Positions 34,635 through 51,379 of a stretch of 64,000 bases of DNA are shown here, piece after piece (positions within the stretch are counted from its first letter, which is position 1; every line of letters begins with the position of its first letter). The position numbers were made by a program, and so were the translations under genes. Below the pieces are notes generated by a model. It saw nothing but the letters and a program-made list of their open reading frames with translations, was not told where the DNA came from and searched no databases. This DNA comes from Rhizodiscina lignyota (Eukaryota): the NCBI GenBank assembly GCA_010015805.1, contig ML978127.1, positions 1,488,001 to 1,552,000 on the forward strand, read 5' to 3'.

Positions 34635-37183
34635 CTACCGATAGAAACCCTCATCGTCACCACCGGCTCTAACCGCACCACCTGGCGCTCCATATGGTTG
34701 ATAGGGCGCCGCGCCAGCACCACTGCTTCCCGGACGTTGAAACGTAGGATATGCGGTCTGTGCGACTGGGCTCTCCGAATCCGGTGGCTGGCTGGGTCCT
34801 TGCTGCTGGTGCGTTCCATAGACGGAATATCTATGTTGTGGCGGTTCAGCATAGGAGTCTCTGATAGGTGGCTGTGCTGGTGGAGGATGCGAGGGCTGCG
34901 GCGGCATCTGTTGCTGCTGCGGCGGGAGCTGCTGGTTCGACTGTGCGCCTGATTGTTGGGAGTAGACAGAAGTGGGCGATTCGAAGGACTGTTGGCGCTG
35001 GGGGATGTTCTGATTCTGCAAGTGCGGTGGGAACTGTTGGGGGTTCTGCTGATTTGGCTGTTGCTGTACGTTCAGAGGCGGAGGGAAGCTGTGTCGGTGA
35101 TCGATTGGGCTGTCGAAGCTGCCGGTTGCTAATTCCTGCACGGGCGGAGGTATACCTGACGGTACGCCAGTCGAGAGAGGCGCTTGTTGCGGCTGCTGGC
35201 CTTGGCTTGGAGGAATTGCCATGCTGACAGGCCTGGCGTTATTGCCTACGCTACCAGAAGGTTGTCTCTGATTTCGCGTGTATGGATCTGCCGAACCTGG
35301 CTTAGGAGACATTCTCTGCCCCATTGGTGCTTGCGGTTGCTGTCCCGGTGGTATCATGTAGAAGGGTGCAGGGCCGTTTTGAGCTGGAAATTGAGGCTGC
35401 TGCTGGCCTGCAGGCGGTGGGCTATATATTCTCTGATCCTGTGGCGGTCCACCGTACTGCTGACCTTCGGGAGGATAGTTGTTGTACTGTTGCTGCTGCG
35501 ACGGCAATGGTGCTGAGAAGCCTACGTTTGGATATTGCTGATGCGGAGCCTGATATGGAGGGCGTCCAAAGCCAGGGCCGGGACCGGGCGGATGCGACAT
35601 TGATGCTTCGAGCAGATTCTCATAGTCTCGTCTTGCCTTGATGAATTTCTCGTTGAGCTGCGTAAAGTCGTCCTTCTTTTGCGAGTATTTCCCGATAAGC
35701 TCGATTAGCTTTGGTCTGATTGCGAGCGTAGAGTGATAGAGAGTCTAAGTGACCCGTCAGCCGGAACCATTCACAAGAGGTATAGATGTCGCGTCTCACA
35801 GTTATCTCCTCATTTTCCCTTACATCTCCCACTTCCCTGGAGCTTGTACTCAACAAAGCGAGCAACTTCTCCACATTGCCGATCTGTCCGAATACCTCCG
35901 CCTCCATCTCCGCCTCCCGCTCCAACTCTTCCTTCGTCGGATCCTGCAGCTTCTCAACATAATTGAGAGGAAAGATTCCCGTGTTCCCACGCAAGCTGCC
36001 CTTCCACCAGTCCTTGTACACGCTCTCCAGCACCGCAATGATATCGCCCTTTCGGAATGCCAACTCTCCCGGCTCGCTTGGTGTGAAGTCGAAGAGCGCT
36101 CGGACGCGCGATACTGTGGCGGCAGTAGTACCTTGTGGAGGTGTAGGCTGGGCGGCAGGTTGAGCGGCGGAAGAAGTACCACCTTGCGCTTGATTGTTCG
36201 CTGCCGGAGATGCCGCCTTGTCTTTGATAGACAGTGCGAGCGCCATTTGTAGCTCCTGCTCCTCACGGTCTCGGTCGGATTGTGTGATTTGGGATTTCTG
36301 AGGTCTCGAAGGTGGATGGAGGTTCGGGTCTGTTATAAGCATCATCAGCACAGTGTCTAGTGGTATTCGACGGTGTTGGCAGACTCTGCGACTTCAGCTT
36401 CATAAAAGCACCATCCATGATGCCCAAATCGGGATCTTTGGAGAACATCTGTGTCCATTCCGCCATTCTCTCGAGAATCTTGGCTTTGACCTGCTGATGT
36501 GTATTCTGGGCCCATTAGCCTTGTCCCTACCAATATGGCCTGCACACCTACCCTATCTGCAGCCAATCTCAGGAGCGCATCTGTGAAGCTCCGTGACGCC
36601 AATTCCTTGTGCATCTTCAGGCCACAATTCTGCGACAGTGCGTTCGCAAGCTCGAGGGTATACAGCTGGACATTGGCGTTCCGATGCGCCAGGCGCTTGA
36701 TCATCGCTGCAACAGCATCTTTGGCTCTGTAAACGGAGCAACAAATTAGCAACGAGTATGCTCCTCCTGCTGGCGCTGTCCGAAAGACGAGGCTACGCAC
36801 CCATTTTCTTGGCCTGTCACTTTATCGCACACATCCTAATACAGCAACATCAGCCTATGCCCTCCATCAATCCGCCCATATGTCTCAAGACATCCTCGTG
36901 ATAAGTAAGCCGGCGCATCGGAGGCGACATACAAGAATGAATTCCCAATTCTCGCTCGTGAGATTCTCGTCGGTTGCCTTGACTGCAGATTGCGAGACAG
37001 CGTCAGCAAATCCATATCTCTAGCCCATCCAGCTTCTGATGCTCCTCCAAAGACCCCTGGAAGTGTGGCAGCCCGAAAACCCAAGCTCTTGCCTCGAAGC
37101 TAGGCAGCTTCGCGAATGTGGCACAAGGTAGAGGCGAACTCACCAACCAAGTCGTCGAACGCATTCTGCTGCGCGCGAAACAT
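34635..37183 (-). CDS. HSE1: ESCRT-0 subunit Hse1 (VHS, UIM, SH3, GAT, Q/P-rich tail), multi-exon
   Basis: MFRAQQNAFDDLV; ATDENLTSENWE; HRNANVQLYTLELANALSQNCG; UIM EEQELQMALALS; SH3 VRALFDF...WWKG...GIFPLNYV. Confidence 0.93.
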
Positions 37184-38437
37184 GTTTGCAATCTGCTGTC
37201 AGAGCAGCAGTTCGTGGATGAAGGTAGATTGTCCGGAGAGGGAGATGTAGGCCGGAGAGGAGGAGATATAAATTGGATAGTTCGACGGGTGGCAGCATCA
37301 TCATCATCGCCCACCGCGGGCTTGGCGGGACGTGACACGGACAGGGAACATGCAAGGCTCCGCGACGCGCGGTGCCAGTGAAAAGATGCCCCGATGCCTA
37401 GTCATTGCCTACGAATGCGCCTCGCCAGTGCTCAGTGGTGCGTCAGCTGCCTACGAATTGCGAAGAATTTCCAGAAGGGATTCGATATTTATATTTCCTG
37501 ATTGTCATGTCCACCGCAATTTTCACGTAACGGGGGAGGCACAGGCACAGAGCGGTCATTTCAAGTGAGATCCTCCCTCCGTTTTGCTATCAACCATCTA
37601 CCTGTGCTAGTTGCATCTGCATTCACAAAGGCTTCGGTCGAGATTGAGGCTTCTTGAATTCCCTATTCAGAAGCTTGTTCTAAAAGGTTCCACCGAGTTC
37701 AAACCCATCCATCGAAAAACCTGTCCGCCAAAATCGAAGTCCAAACCTCCACCTCAGTCCGCCACCCACCGCAACCACGCTCGAAAGTGTAGAAGTCCCA
37801 TGGACTTTGAAGCTGTGATTTAGGAGTACAAGTAGTGTACTGGCCACCAGCGAATCCGTTGCAGTTCCAAACCCGAGTACCATCGAGAAACGCCACCGAA
37901 ATCCATCGTAGTCGCCAGAAAATGCAAGTCAGGTAGGGGGAAGGGGGGCAGAGGTAAAGACAGATGATCGCTTAGCAGGGGAAGCATGAGAACCTTGGGG
38001 TGGAGAAGCCAAATCTAGCAAATGCTCTCATGTGTACTGCAGATGCAATGGCGTACGCAAGAAGGAAAGCGCATGCTGTATGCTCGCAGTCGCACGCAAG
38101 TGAGAGCCATTGAAGTGCATCCCCAAAAATCAAACAAGAAAAGAAGCTCGAAGTATCGTCGACGAAGGTATCGAGGATAGAGCACAGTGCAAATCGCTCG
38201 AGAAGGGATCTCGTCGAATATCATAGTCGAAGTCGCCGTCGAGGTCCATAGTATCGGCGGATGTAATGTCAATCGCTGCAGATGATGATCGTTGCGTTTC
38301 GGAATAGTCGTGTACAGTAGAGGGTCGTCGCCACATTAGAGAAATATGTAGAGGTGGAGAGAAGAGGTCCGCCCACAACGAAGGCATATTTGGCACTGGC
38401 GTCCAGATAGCCAACCGGTTTATGCTTTTGGGCTTCG

Positions 38438-41285
<2,848 letters not shown>

Positions 41286-43178
41286 CCACGGCCTCTACTC
41301 AGCCACCGAGCTTGGCGCGCTCTGGTCTCGGTGCAGCAGGGCAGCAGGGCACGGCGGGCAGCTGGCAGCGAGTTGATGCGGCACGACGGGGCGTGGACGG
41401 CGGTGCAGCGTGAGCAGGTGTCGCTGGAGCGAGTGCTTTGAGCGAAAAGCAAGATGTTTACTCGTGGGCATACATAACGGTGTGATGATGGGCAGGCTTG
41501 GGGGACGGCGCAAGCACAGGACACGCTCTAAGGGCCGCGCAGGCGGGCCTCCACCCACTGCGCTCCTAGCTGCACCGACGCAGGCGCAAGTCAATTGGCC
41601 GGGCGTCGACTTGGACCTTGATAATGGATATCCCCATGCCCGCCCAGCCGTGCCGGCTCCAGACGTTCGAACGGCTTCCTGTTCCAAGCCTCAGGTTCGC
41701 TCGCACCAGCGTGACGTACCCGTTGAGGCTCATCTGCCCATCGCTGCACGCACGCAGGAACGCACATGAAGCTCCAGCACTCCCCGTCGTCAGGCGTTTC
41801 ACCTTCGCTGTGATGGCGCCGTGCCTTTCGAGCCGCAAGTCCTGGATAATTCCACGCAAGGATGGGCCCAGTTGCACCCTTGGAGCCCAATCCAACTCTT
41901 GCCCGCCGCGTCCAACTCCCTCTCTACGCCTCTGAGGTGGCACTGATATTACAGCTGTACCACCCAATCGCGGATGTACCGCTGCCTGCCCACCTTGGAA
42001 TCTTGCAGCAATGCAGACAATGCGGAGGCAATACATACGGAGCACTGGAGAGGCCGAGCTGATAATGGAGCGCTATCTGCATCGCCAATGACACCGGCAG
42101 TGGAGCTGACCACGAAAACTCTTCCAGTCACTATTTCCGATCCTTACCAGAGCGTAATCGCCTGCTGGATGAATGAGTCTCATCCTGGCCCGCGATCCCC
42201 TCTGCCTTGCCATCGCGATGTGCCGCTTTGCCCCGTACTCCGTATCGTGCTGCTGCTTATTAGACATGGGCAGACACGTGCGCGGCCGAGACCCCGAACT
42301 AGTTCTTACGCCTCCAGTGCCTCTCACCCTCGCTCTCGTAGAAGGAAGGTGACAAGGAGATATTTAAAGTCAGCACTATCCGAAGTATTGGGTGATGGCT
42401 TGAGCCCCAAATGCCCCGACATGCTGGCTTTCTCCGAGTTCCAGAACGAGACACTATGAAATTGGCTGTCTCGACGCTCATTTCCCTCCTCCATCTGATA
42501 ACCAACATGTCAAAGATAAAGGAGCGGCTCAATATCTGCATGCGTGATTCGCCAGCACCTCTAAAAGGCTTTCTCGTGTGAGAATCTTCAATTTCGCAAC
42601 TTTTGGTGGCACCACGGAGTAGACAGCAATTCTCCTACTTATCGCCAATCATGTCTGTCTGTTTGATTGGTCCTGTCAACGAGCTGTTTCACTTCTCCTA
42701 TTCTAATGTGAAGACTACATGAACGGATGGAATCCTCACCAAACATCGCAAATTAGCAGACAGCCTCCAGACAGTCAAATCTTCCGTAGGGACATTTCGC
42801 TCGCCTTTCCGGAAGTCGCTGGTCTGCTTGAAATTCCTGAATCCAAAAAAGTCGACGAAATATTTGCAAGTTGCAGTGCATCCACAAAGCCCAACCGTCG
42901 GCTTCACCTCGAAGCGGTGACGAGCAGCATCGCGCGCTCCTCAAGATGCTGCTCTTTCGCGCTTGGCTAACGCTGGAAGTTCTCACTTAGCACCGTCCTG
43001 AAGAACACCATTTGCACCTGAGCATGCGTCAGCCATCGTCAGATGCAACAAGGCCTCCATTGGCTTCTCAGCTAGAGGGCATGGATCGACGGAGGCACGA
43101 AAGCGGAGGATAGCGTGCCTAATCTGGAGTGAAGACATCGTTGCTACATTGTTTCCTCGTTGAGGGTCTTGAAAAGAC

Positions 43179-43907
43179 GTGACAAACGATTTATCGCGCC
43201 TTCAAACGGAGGCCGTGATTGGTCCAAATTCGCCACAGTCGATTTCCTTTCGCCTTACAATCTCTTTCGGATCACGTGTTCCGCGGAACTTCTCGCTCCA
43301 CAATATTTCTTCATATGGTACGCTCTTATTTAAAGGCTTCCGAAAGCACTGGTGCTCGCTGAAGGTGGCGTGGGAGTCGAGTGTACTACTAAAGAAGTCG
43401 GAGCATGAAGTAATAAAGCGCTTTGATGTGCTCCATCTGCTTATAAAGAGATCAAGATACCATGTATCATTGATGTCAGTCCCACAAGCGGATCGAGAGA
43501 CAATTCCTTATCGTGGACTTGGTCTTCTGGGACACCATGAATACAGTATGACTATGTTCCATGTCGTACGTATGTGCCTCAACACCCTGGAGGCTTCGAT
43601 TTGCTCAAACTCTCATCCAGATACAATTGAGACTGCTGGATACGCACTCAAACTTCGGGAGAGAATGCACGTGGCAGCTCTCCAGCCCATTTTCCAAAGT
43701 CACGCCGTGTTTGTGGAGATTCCGGTCATAACCAAACAGCAAATTGACACCCTTGGAACTTTGATTCAATCAAACTCTGCTTTCCTCGAAATTCAAGCTG
43801 GCAGCTTCTATTGCACCTTCGGAAGAGACCAGAAAAGGAGCAAGGAAAACACCTTTCTTCGAAGTCGTGCGGCATTTGTGAAGACTCCAGGCATAACCAA
43901 ACTGTAA
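43179..43907 (+). CDS. Unassigned 242-codon ORF, possibly a gene remnant
   Basis: Length only; GTG start, no recognisable motif. Confidence 0.25.
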   Translation: MTNDLSRLQTEAVIGPNSPQSISFRLTISFGSRVPRNFSLHNISSYGTLLFKGFRKHWCSLKVAWESSVLLKKSEHEVIKRFDVLHLLIKRSRYHVSLMSVPQADRETIPYRGLGLLGHHEYSMTMFHVVRMCLNTLEASICSNSHPDTIETAGYALKLRERMHVAALQPIFQSHAVFVEIPVITKQQIDTLGTLIQSNSAFLEIQAGSFYCTFGRDQKRSKENTFLRSRAAFVKTPGITKL

Positions 43908-44284
43908 CCCAACACCCTTGGAGCTTAAATACGACCGAAGTCTTCCTCACTTTTACGTACAGACGTCGGGCACGTACGGATGGGTTGTAAAGATACTTAA
44001 GAAATCTCACAGCCCACTTCGCGCCCGCCGTGTTAAGGCGATTGAATATGGTTAAGGCCAAACTGACTGACATGCAATATACAGCGCGCCCTGTAAGTAG
44101 CTACACTTCTGAGGGGATTGAAGTAGTAGCTTTGAGCTAGTTTGAGATCAAGCAAGGTTCTGGCAACGGGTAGCGGCCGGTAAGTAACCGCACTCACCTT
44201 GAGGTGAGGCTGGCTACGACAGGCAGTGCTAACTCTCCAAGTAGCGATTTCTAGGTCGTTCGTATCTTGTTTATCTTCATTCTA

Positions 44285-46322
44285 TCACACAATCTTGTCG
44301 TCTTTCACCGTAATTCCTTCAACATCCGAGCCTTCAGAGCCATGTATGTCGGATGCGGCATCTCTTCTCCTCTCAGCATGCAGTTCCATGACAAATGGAC
44401 TTCTGCCTCTCTGCTTCTTCGTTGGGAATATCACCATGAGTGCCCAAAATAACAGTCCTGAGACGAAGAAGCCGAAGAAATAGGAGAGATCGTAGACATG
44501 GTCCCATCCGTTGCCATTGGCTGTACCACGGACAGAGCGAACAAATCCCGCTGGGCCGGTATTAGTCTTTACGAATCTCGAGGGATAAATTCGTTCCACT
44601 TACGCAACATAGGCCAAATTCCCATACCCCAAGCAACGAATGCTCGCCAATTGAATCCGGCAGTATACCAATAAGCAGACTCACTGCTACTCATGTAGAG
44701 GTCGCCGATGTGCAACTGCCCGCGCCGGACGAGAAAATAATCGCTGATCAAGATTCCGGTCATTCCGCTCAGGAAGATCGACCAACCGCTGAGCACTACG
44801 ATGAATGTCGAAGCCGCATTCACATAGTTCCACGGGCACACAGCAATGGCAATGATTGTCAAAAGGACACAGCCGCGGCGGATGTTGATCCACTTGGGAC
44901 AGAGAGCGGCCATGTCCATGCCGGTGCTGATGGCATTGAGGACGATGCAGAGTGCCATTTGGCTGGCAAGGAACGCGAGTCCGGAGAAGAACGTTCCTGC
45001 GCGCGCAGCGGGAGTGAGCGATGTCTGCTGGATGTGCAGCAACAGCTCGAATGGGTTCCAGTAATAGCCACCGTAGATTGTTTTGGCCGCTGACGTGACG
45101 ATGGCTCCACAGATGGCGGTAACGATGATGGTGAGCGGTGCGGTGACACCCTGACCGAAGAGCGACGCATTCGGTGTCTTTGCGTAACGGGTCCAGTCTG
45201 ATAAACTATTAGCTCACATTCACTGAAGAGGAGGGACGGGAATGGCAGACCTGACTGGCCAACAATTCCACCACTCCATAGTCCAAGGACCGCCTGTACA
45301 CCATACAAAGCCTGCCATGAGAGCTTGCTCCCGTGTATCGTGGATGGCTGGTGCACAAACTCTCCCGGTCCATGAGCCGTTCGGACGGCCCAGATCAGTA
45401 GCCCAAAGATGTTACACACAATCATAACAAAGGCGACCTTGAGGGGCTTCTGGAGCTTTTCAGGAGGCAGAAGGTAGAAGGGACAGAAGATGAGGAGATA
45501 GATGAAGAAGCACACCAACGACGAAGTATCGACGTTGGCGCCCGGGGGCAATGTATTCCTCCAGTTAACGAACTTGGGTCCGATGAGGCCTCCGAGGATG
45601 ATCTTGACAGCTTGGCCACCCCAGTAGGTCTGGATTCCCATCTAATAGTTCGTTAGCTAGATGAAGATCGCGTCCTCGGAGCAGAGGCGACATACCCATA
45701 TGCATGCAGTCATGATTCTGTTCAGCACCGGCCAAAACCCGCCTCTCATGCCCCAGGAGCTATGACTGGTCAGTGTCTAGTCTCTTCGGATGAAGCTTTC
45801 GAGAACTTACGCTCTCGACATGACAGTGAATCCGAGATAGTCATGAGAGCCCATCCAGCCAGCAACGATGGCGATGGCGCCGATTATCAAGGAGGCACCT
45901 ACAACGATGCCCATCGTTTGACTGAAACTCAGACCAAGGGCGAAGCTGGCCATCTATTAGTCCAGTTCACTGAAGAAGTTACGTCGAGATTGGATTGGAC
46001 AAACAGTGTAGAGCCGGCCATCCAAGCGGAGTTGTTCGCTCCAGTGATGATCCAATAGCCTCCAAAACCTTCCCATGTCCATGCTGCAAGATATTCAGTT
46101 AGTGCAGAATTGAAAAATTTGATATTACTTGACGTACTTCTTCGATCAGGCGGGATTGGTATAAGATCCCTATTGCACCACTGAAGGATAGCATTAGCGA
46201 TGGGTCAGCTGAGAGACCCAGCAACTCACATATGTATTCTCATACCAAGCATTCTCATCAACCGGACACTCCAATCTCTTCGCCCAATACCGCACACGCT
46301 CTTTTGTCTTCTCGGAGACCAT
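44285..46322 (-). CDS. NCS1 nucleobase:cation symporter (Fur4/Dal4-like), multi-exon
   Basis: WCNRDLIPIPPDRR; GFTVMSR..WGMRG; GIQTYWGG; DWTRYAK; PKWINIRRG; CPWNYV; GFNWRAF. Confidence 0.92.
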
Positions 46323-46871
46323 TCTGCCGACCGCCGTGTATACTGATCGTGCTTTCAACGGCGGCTCCCTAATCCTGACCACAAGGAGAATTTGTCGTTT
46401 CAACCACCATTTAAACACCGAACGTCGCATTCCGCCCTACTTATGTAGCTCGGCATTTCCATCTGACCCTCCCAAGATTGATAGGCAGTCTTATCGCGCT
46501 TCCCCAGCTTCTTTGTGCCACTGTCGGCAGGTTGTTGTATCCGCATGCTCGTTTCCGCGGTGTGGATCACTTCCTATCTTGTTGGCACATGTAGGACGGG
46601 GATGAGGGGAGGGGTCAGCGTCGGCCTGGATTCTGCATGATAAAGTAGGTAACATGCAATACTTCCTCGGAAGGACTATATCGGAAAGAGAGGTTGGTGA
46701 AGCTAGTTACTTTCAGTTAAAGGATCCGTCTGAAGAGCTCGGGACGAGGGTTGGCGGCGATGTTCTATCATTCGCGACAGCCACGTCGACGCTTTGAAGT
46801 TTTCAGTTATCTTTAATTTCTTCTGTATTCTGTGAACTGTATCTCTAATTGTTTCATTGACTGTCTTTACA

Positions 46872-47991
46872 ATGTCTCCAGCAATTCCAATAGTCGACTT
46901 TTCTCCCTACCTTTCTTCCACAGCCAACCCATCAGACCGCGCCGCCGTCGCCCAAAAGCTCGTCACAGCATGCCGCGATACCGGCTTCGTCTACATCACA
47001 AACCATGGCATCCCGCAGTCCCTCGTCGATGAGACCTTCTCCTGGTCCCGCAAATTCTTCGACCTCAACCAAGAAGAGAAGATGAAAGCCCCTCACCCGC
47101 CAGGCTACGCGGTACACCGTGGGTATTCCTGGCCTGGCCTGGAGAAGGTGTCACAGGTCATCACGAGCCATAGATCTAGTGATGACCCGGACATACAGAA
47201 CAAGTTGCGCCAGGTCGGAGACTGTAAGGAGAGCTTCGAAGTTGGGAGTGAGGAGAGTAAGGAGCAGCCCAACATCTGGATTCCTGAGGACACCCTCCCA
47301 GGCTTTCGGAAGTTCACGACGGAGTTCTACTGGACGTGTAATAAGCTTGCTGTCGAGCTCATCCGCGCGTTGTCGCTGGGGTTGGGGCTCCCTGATAATG
47401 ATTATCTGATGCAGTTCCACTCAGGGCATAATAATCAACTACGGCTTCTCCATTATCCGCCTATTCCGGCGGCGAGTCTGGAGGATCAGAGCGCAGCGAG
47501 GATGCCGGCGCATACTGATTGGGGGACTATTACGTTTCTGTTTCAGGATGAGTGCGGTGGACTAGAAGTACAGACCGCGGATGGAGATTATGTGCAGGCC
47601 GAGCCCGTGGAAGGTGCGATTGTCATGAACATTGGTGATTGCCTGATGCGGTGGAGTAATGGTATGTCGATCTCAAAGTAATGGCAGACTGAAATGATCC
47701 TTACTGATGGGGACAGATAAACTCAAATCGAACATGCATCGAGTAACGCTGCCGCCAGCGGAAGACCGGTACACGGGCAAAGATCGTATGACACGTGCTC
47801 GTTACTCAATTCCTTATTTCGTTGTGCCTGATGAGACGGCGCCCATAAAAACGCTCGAGGAATGCATCACGCAGGCAAAACCTGCACACTATGCACCGCT
47901 GGAATCATACGGGGACTATCGAATTCTGCGAGGAAGCGTACAGTATGAGAGCAAGAGACCAGAGCCGAATAGTATAGCAGCAGCAGCATAG
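46872..47991 (+). CDS. 2OG-Fe(II) dioxygenase (IPNS-like/DIOX_N), 2 exons
   Basis: IPIVDFS; GFVYITNHGI; LRLLHYP; HTDWGTIT; NIGDCLMRWSN|DKLKSNMHRV; RYSIPYF. Confidence 0.92.
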
Positions 47992-48286
47992 AAGAGCTGG
48001 TTTCGAAAGGAATTGTTTGATAATGTTTCATGGACTGCTTATATTCAATACCTGCAATATTCATATTGAAGTTGCAATCATCGAAAGAGTCTCTGAAGGA
48101 CAAGGCAAACAAATCTCATTAAACGCCAAAGCTCATGCACAGGCCTGCCAGCCCCAGCCATTTCGGTATCATCATGCCGTTCGTCAAGCATGTCTTATGA
48201 TGTAGCTCATTCATTAAGCAGCCGAATGTCCCTTCATGAGCTCGTCCCAACAGTGCGCAGCAAGCGCAACCAGTACTCAGCACCGC

Positions 48287-48925
48287 TCAGATATCATCAA
48301 TCTCAATATCTTTCGCGTCTTCCGCATCGCTGCTATCCCGATCCTCGTCAAACTCGAAGCCGATGCCCTCGTTGCCCTCGTCACCATATGTATCGGTCTC
48401 GTTAATCTTGGCGGTGTCTGGCAGCTCGCCGTATGCCTTCAGACTCCTCGCCTCGTCGGCAGAGTACTTGAGAATGACGTCGCCCTTCTCGTCCTGATAG
48501 TCTCGCAGCGACAGCAGGATAATGTCACCCTGGTTGATCCACACCTTTTTGCGCAGCTTGCCGCGGATATGTGCGAGACGCTTGGGACCATCGAAGCATT
48601 GCGCTTCTAGACGGCCGTTTCCGAGCATCTTGATGACTTGTGCGTATTCTGTGGCAGCGAGATACGTCAGTGTGGCTCTAACAATGTGGCGATGGAGAGA
48701 GTCTTTGGGCGTCAGTGGCGGTGGGGTAAATTGGTGGACGTACCTTGACCTTCATCTTTGAAGGTGAGTTCGCGCTTCTCGTTATCGTTCTCGTTTTTTC
48801 CTCGCCTTCGGTTCTTGCCTCCCTACGAAGAAATCAGTAAAATATTCTTTTGGAGTCCACTAGTGGATGATTTTGGCAGCGGATGAGGGGTATTGCGGCC
48901 TTACCTTTCCCTTGTTCTTAGGCAT
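48287..48925 (-). CDS. TIF11: Translation initiation factor eIF1A (3 exons)
   Basis: [20 protein letters not shown]...[30 protein letters not shown]; acidic tail ending DIDDI-like. Confidence 0.97.
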
Positions 48926-49207
48926 ATTGGCCTTCTCGCTGTTCTTGTTGTGTGTTGATTACTCGCGGCGTTCTGAAGTGTCTTATTGCAGTCGCTTAGA
49001 GTGTTGTGGGATGAAGCGAAAAGTTGTGGGAGAGAGGGAGTCGTAAGATATTTATGCAATGGCTTGTTCGGTGATGTGGGCTGAACTTTCAACCGTGTTG
49101 GCGGCAAATCCACGCTAAGCCGCATTCGGCCGCGCGCCTTAATTTATTCGAAGACGGCGAATATTTTGACTCAACGGCGCTCTTTGCAACCACTCACTCG
49201 CTCGCTG

Positions 49208-49882
49208 ATGCCACCCCCTCCGCCTGCTCTCCGAAACGCTCTGAAAGTGCCGTACACTTCCACGTTCTATTTCAAATACTCGAAATCCTACGAGCCTCCC
49301 GACTATCTGCAACTTCTCGTCACCGAAGGAAATCCAATACAATTTAGAGTCAAAGCGAGCTACGAGAAGCGGCCACGCACTGGACTCTGGTTATCGGTGC
49401 GCTCCACAGTCAATCAGATTCCAAAGGCAATTATCCGGTCTCATTGCAGGCGAAAATTGAGGCATGCGTTTAGGACGGCCTTGACTGAACACGGTCTAGA
49501 CGAGAATGGCGTGAAGCTGAGCAATAACAAGGGATCTAACGATGTGGAAGAGTTGGCAATGAAGGGGTTTCAAAAAGTTTCACAAGAACTGTCGGAGAAA
49601 CAATCGCGTGGCAGATCAGGACGGTCGAAGACGGATCTATTCCAGCCAGCGGAGCCTTCTGATCTTCACGGGACTCTTACACTTTTCACCAAGCCGGCGA
49701 TTCTAGAGGCTACAAATGATAATGTTAGAGAGGATGCTGGCAAGTTGATTCGGTACCTCCAACGACTTACGCAGGCCGACAACAAGGAGTCAATCTTCAC
49801 TCCTGGAAGGATGCAGCTCAATGGCAGGAGCAACCGACCTGCACGCTCATCGCGCCCTCTCCAGAGCATTGGAGAAGCATAA
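49208..49882 (+). CDS. Basic hypothetical protein with an RnpA-like helix motif; possibly mitochondrial
   Basis: LWLSVRS...IPKAIIRSHCRRKLRHAFR resembles the KAVxRNRxKRxLRExFR motif of bacterial RNase P protein. Confidence 0.6.
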   Translation: MPPPPPALRNALKVPYTSTFYFKYSKSYEPPDYLQLLVTEGNPIQFRVKASYEKRPRTGLWLSVRSTVNQIPKAIIRSHCRRKLRHAFRTALTEHGLDENGVKLSNNKGSNDVEELAMKGFQKVSQELSEKQSRGRSGRSKTDLFQPAEPSDLHGTLTLFTKPAILEATNDNVREDAGKLIRYLQRLTQADNKESIFTPGRMQLNGRSNRPARSSRPLQSIGEA

Positions 49883-51379
49883 TACTAGTGGCTGAACCTC
49901 AGTCAGGATAATGAACAGTAGCGAGGATGCCCTCAACGCGTCTTAGTCGTTTTGTACGGGAGTAGGAGTCGCTCTCCAGCTGCACCCAGCGAAGGCAGGA
50001 CCCTCTCAACCATGTCATAAGAGGGGGCTCAATCGATCGATTCTCCAGCTGGCACCGATGCTCCAGCCATTCCATAGCAATGATGTTGACGCTGCAATGT
50101 GTACGAGGTCGTGCGATTCGGACGGTGATCGTACGGGCCGAAAGAACACGCTGCTACGTTGCTCAAGGTGGCACACAAATGATGTGTAAGGAAGTTAATC
50201 AAAGCCTGGGCGACCGCAGCTTCCCCACCATCAATTCAAGAGTCGTAGATTTCTGTTTCAATATGAAGGGTATATTCTGCCCCCTTTGCTGAGTAGACTG
50301 AACGGCCATTGATTCAGTAATTTCTAGCTACATATCGGCTAATTTTAGGTCTACCACAAGGATTTTCTCTCCCATGATTGTCTCCATTTTAATGTTCGCT
50401 ACAATTTTGATAAGGCCGCCTAATACCAGTGTTCTCTCGTCGGACTGTTTAGACTGCCAGGGCATGGTGCTGTGAAAATCAAAATAGTCATCAACTAAGT
50501 CGGGATCGAGCCCCGAAATCGAAGCGCAGAGTTCCTCGAGCGTATCTCGCGTCTCGTCGAGTTGGCAGAGAGATATCCATTTCGACCATTCTCCCAGCGT
50601 ATACCCAACCGTTACAACGAAATCCCCATATGGATGAGCCCGCAAGTGGATCACCCCGCGAATTGAAGGTCCATTTGGGATGTACAGTGTAGCTGCATCT
50701 ATATTCCAGAATTTGGATGGATATGCATTGATCACGGATATTTGGCTCGAATATGGTAGGCCTGGCCATCGCACCCAGCACGCTGGGTTTCGCGGTCGTT
50801 GTGCTCCTGCACCTTTTACATGTTCCACTGTGGAAAAGTCCTTCACGATTAGGAGAGGTTTTACTTCAGCTCTTTCGGCTTGCTCGTTGCGGATAATAGG
50901 TATGCCGTGTTTCCACACAGTGCATACACCGTCTTCATATGTGAGGGGCAGTCCAATGGGGCCTCTGAAGTCATTCTCGAAGCGACAGGCCAATATCGCG
51001 GTTTGACAGTCAAGGTGGACCATATCCGTCCCTGGGAAGCCTTCAAGGGGTGGGAGACTGATACTGAGACCTGCATTGGTCATAGTAAATGGCATTCTGC
51101 TTTGCTCGGTCGCCAGGCGCACAATGGTGCTACAATTCTCGAAGTTACTTGGGTTTGTCGCGAACAGGTGTGTATTATCGTCATAGTTGTCGCTTTTCCA
51201 GGCGAAGATGGACTGATCGTTCGAGATGTTGATAATGGCCTTTTGAAGCCGAGTAAAAGCTCGTCTTCCTTCTCCATATAACATTGGTATGTTAACCCAA
51301 ATAATCCAAGTAAGCAATAGGCTTCATCTTCGAGTCTGGCACTGCGCCTGCCTGCAACCCAAGATATCTTTCTGCCAGG

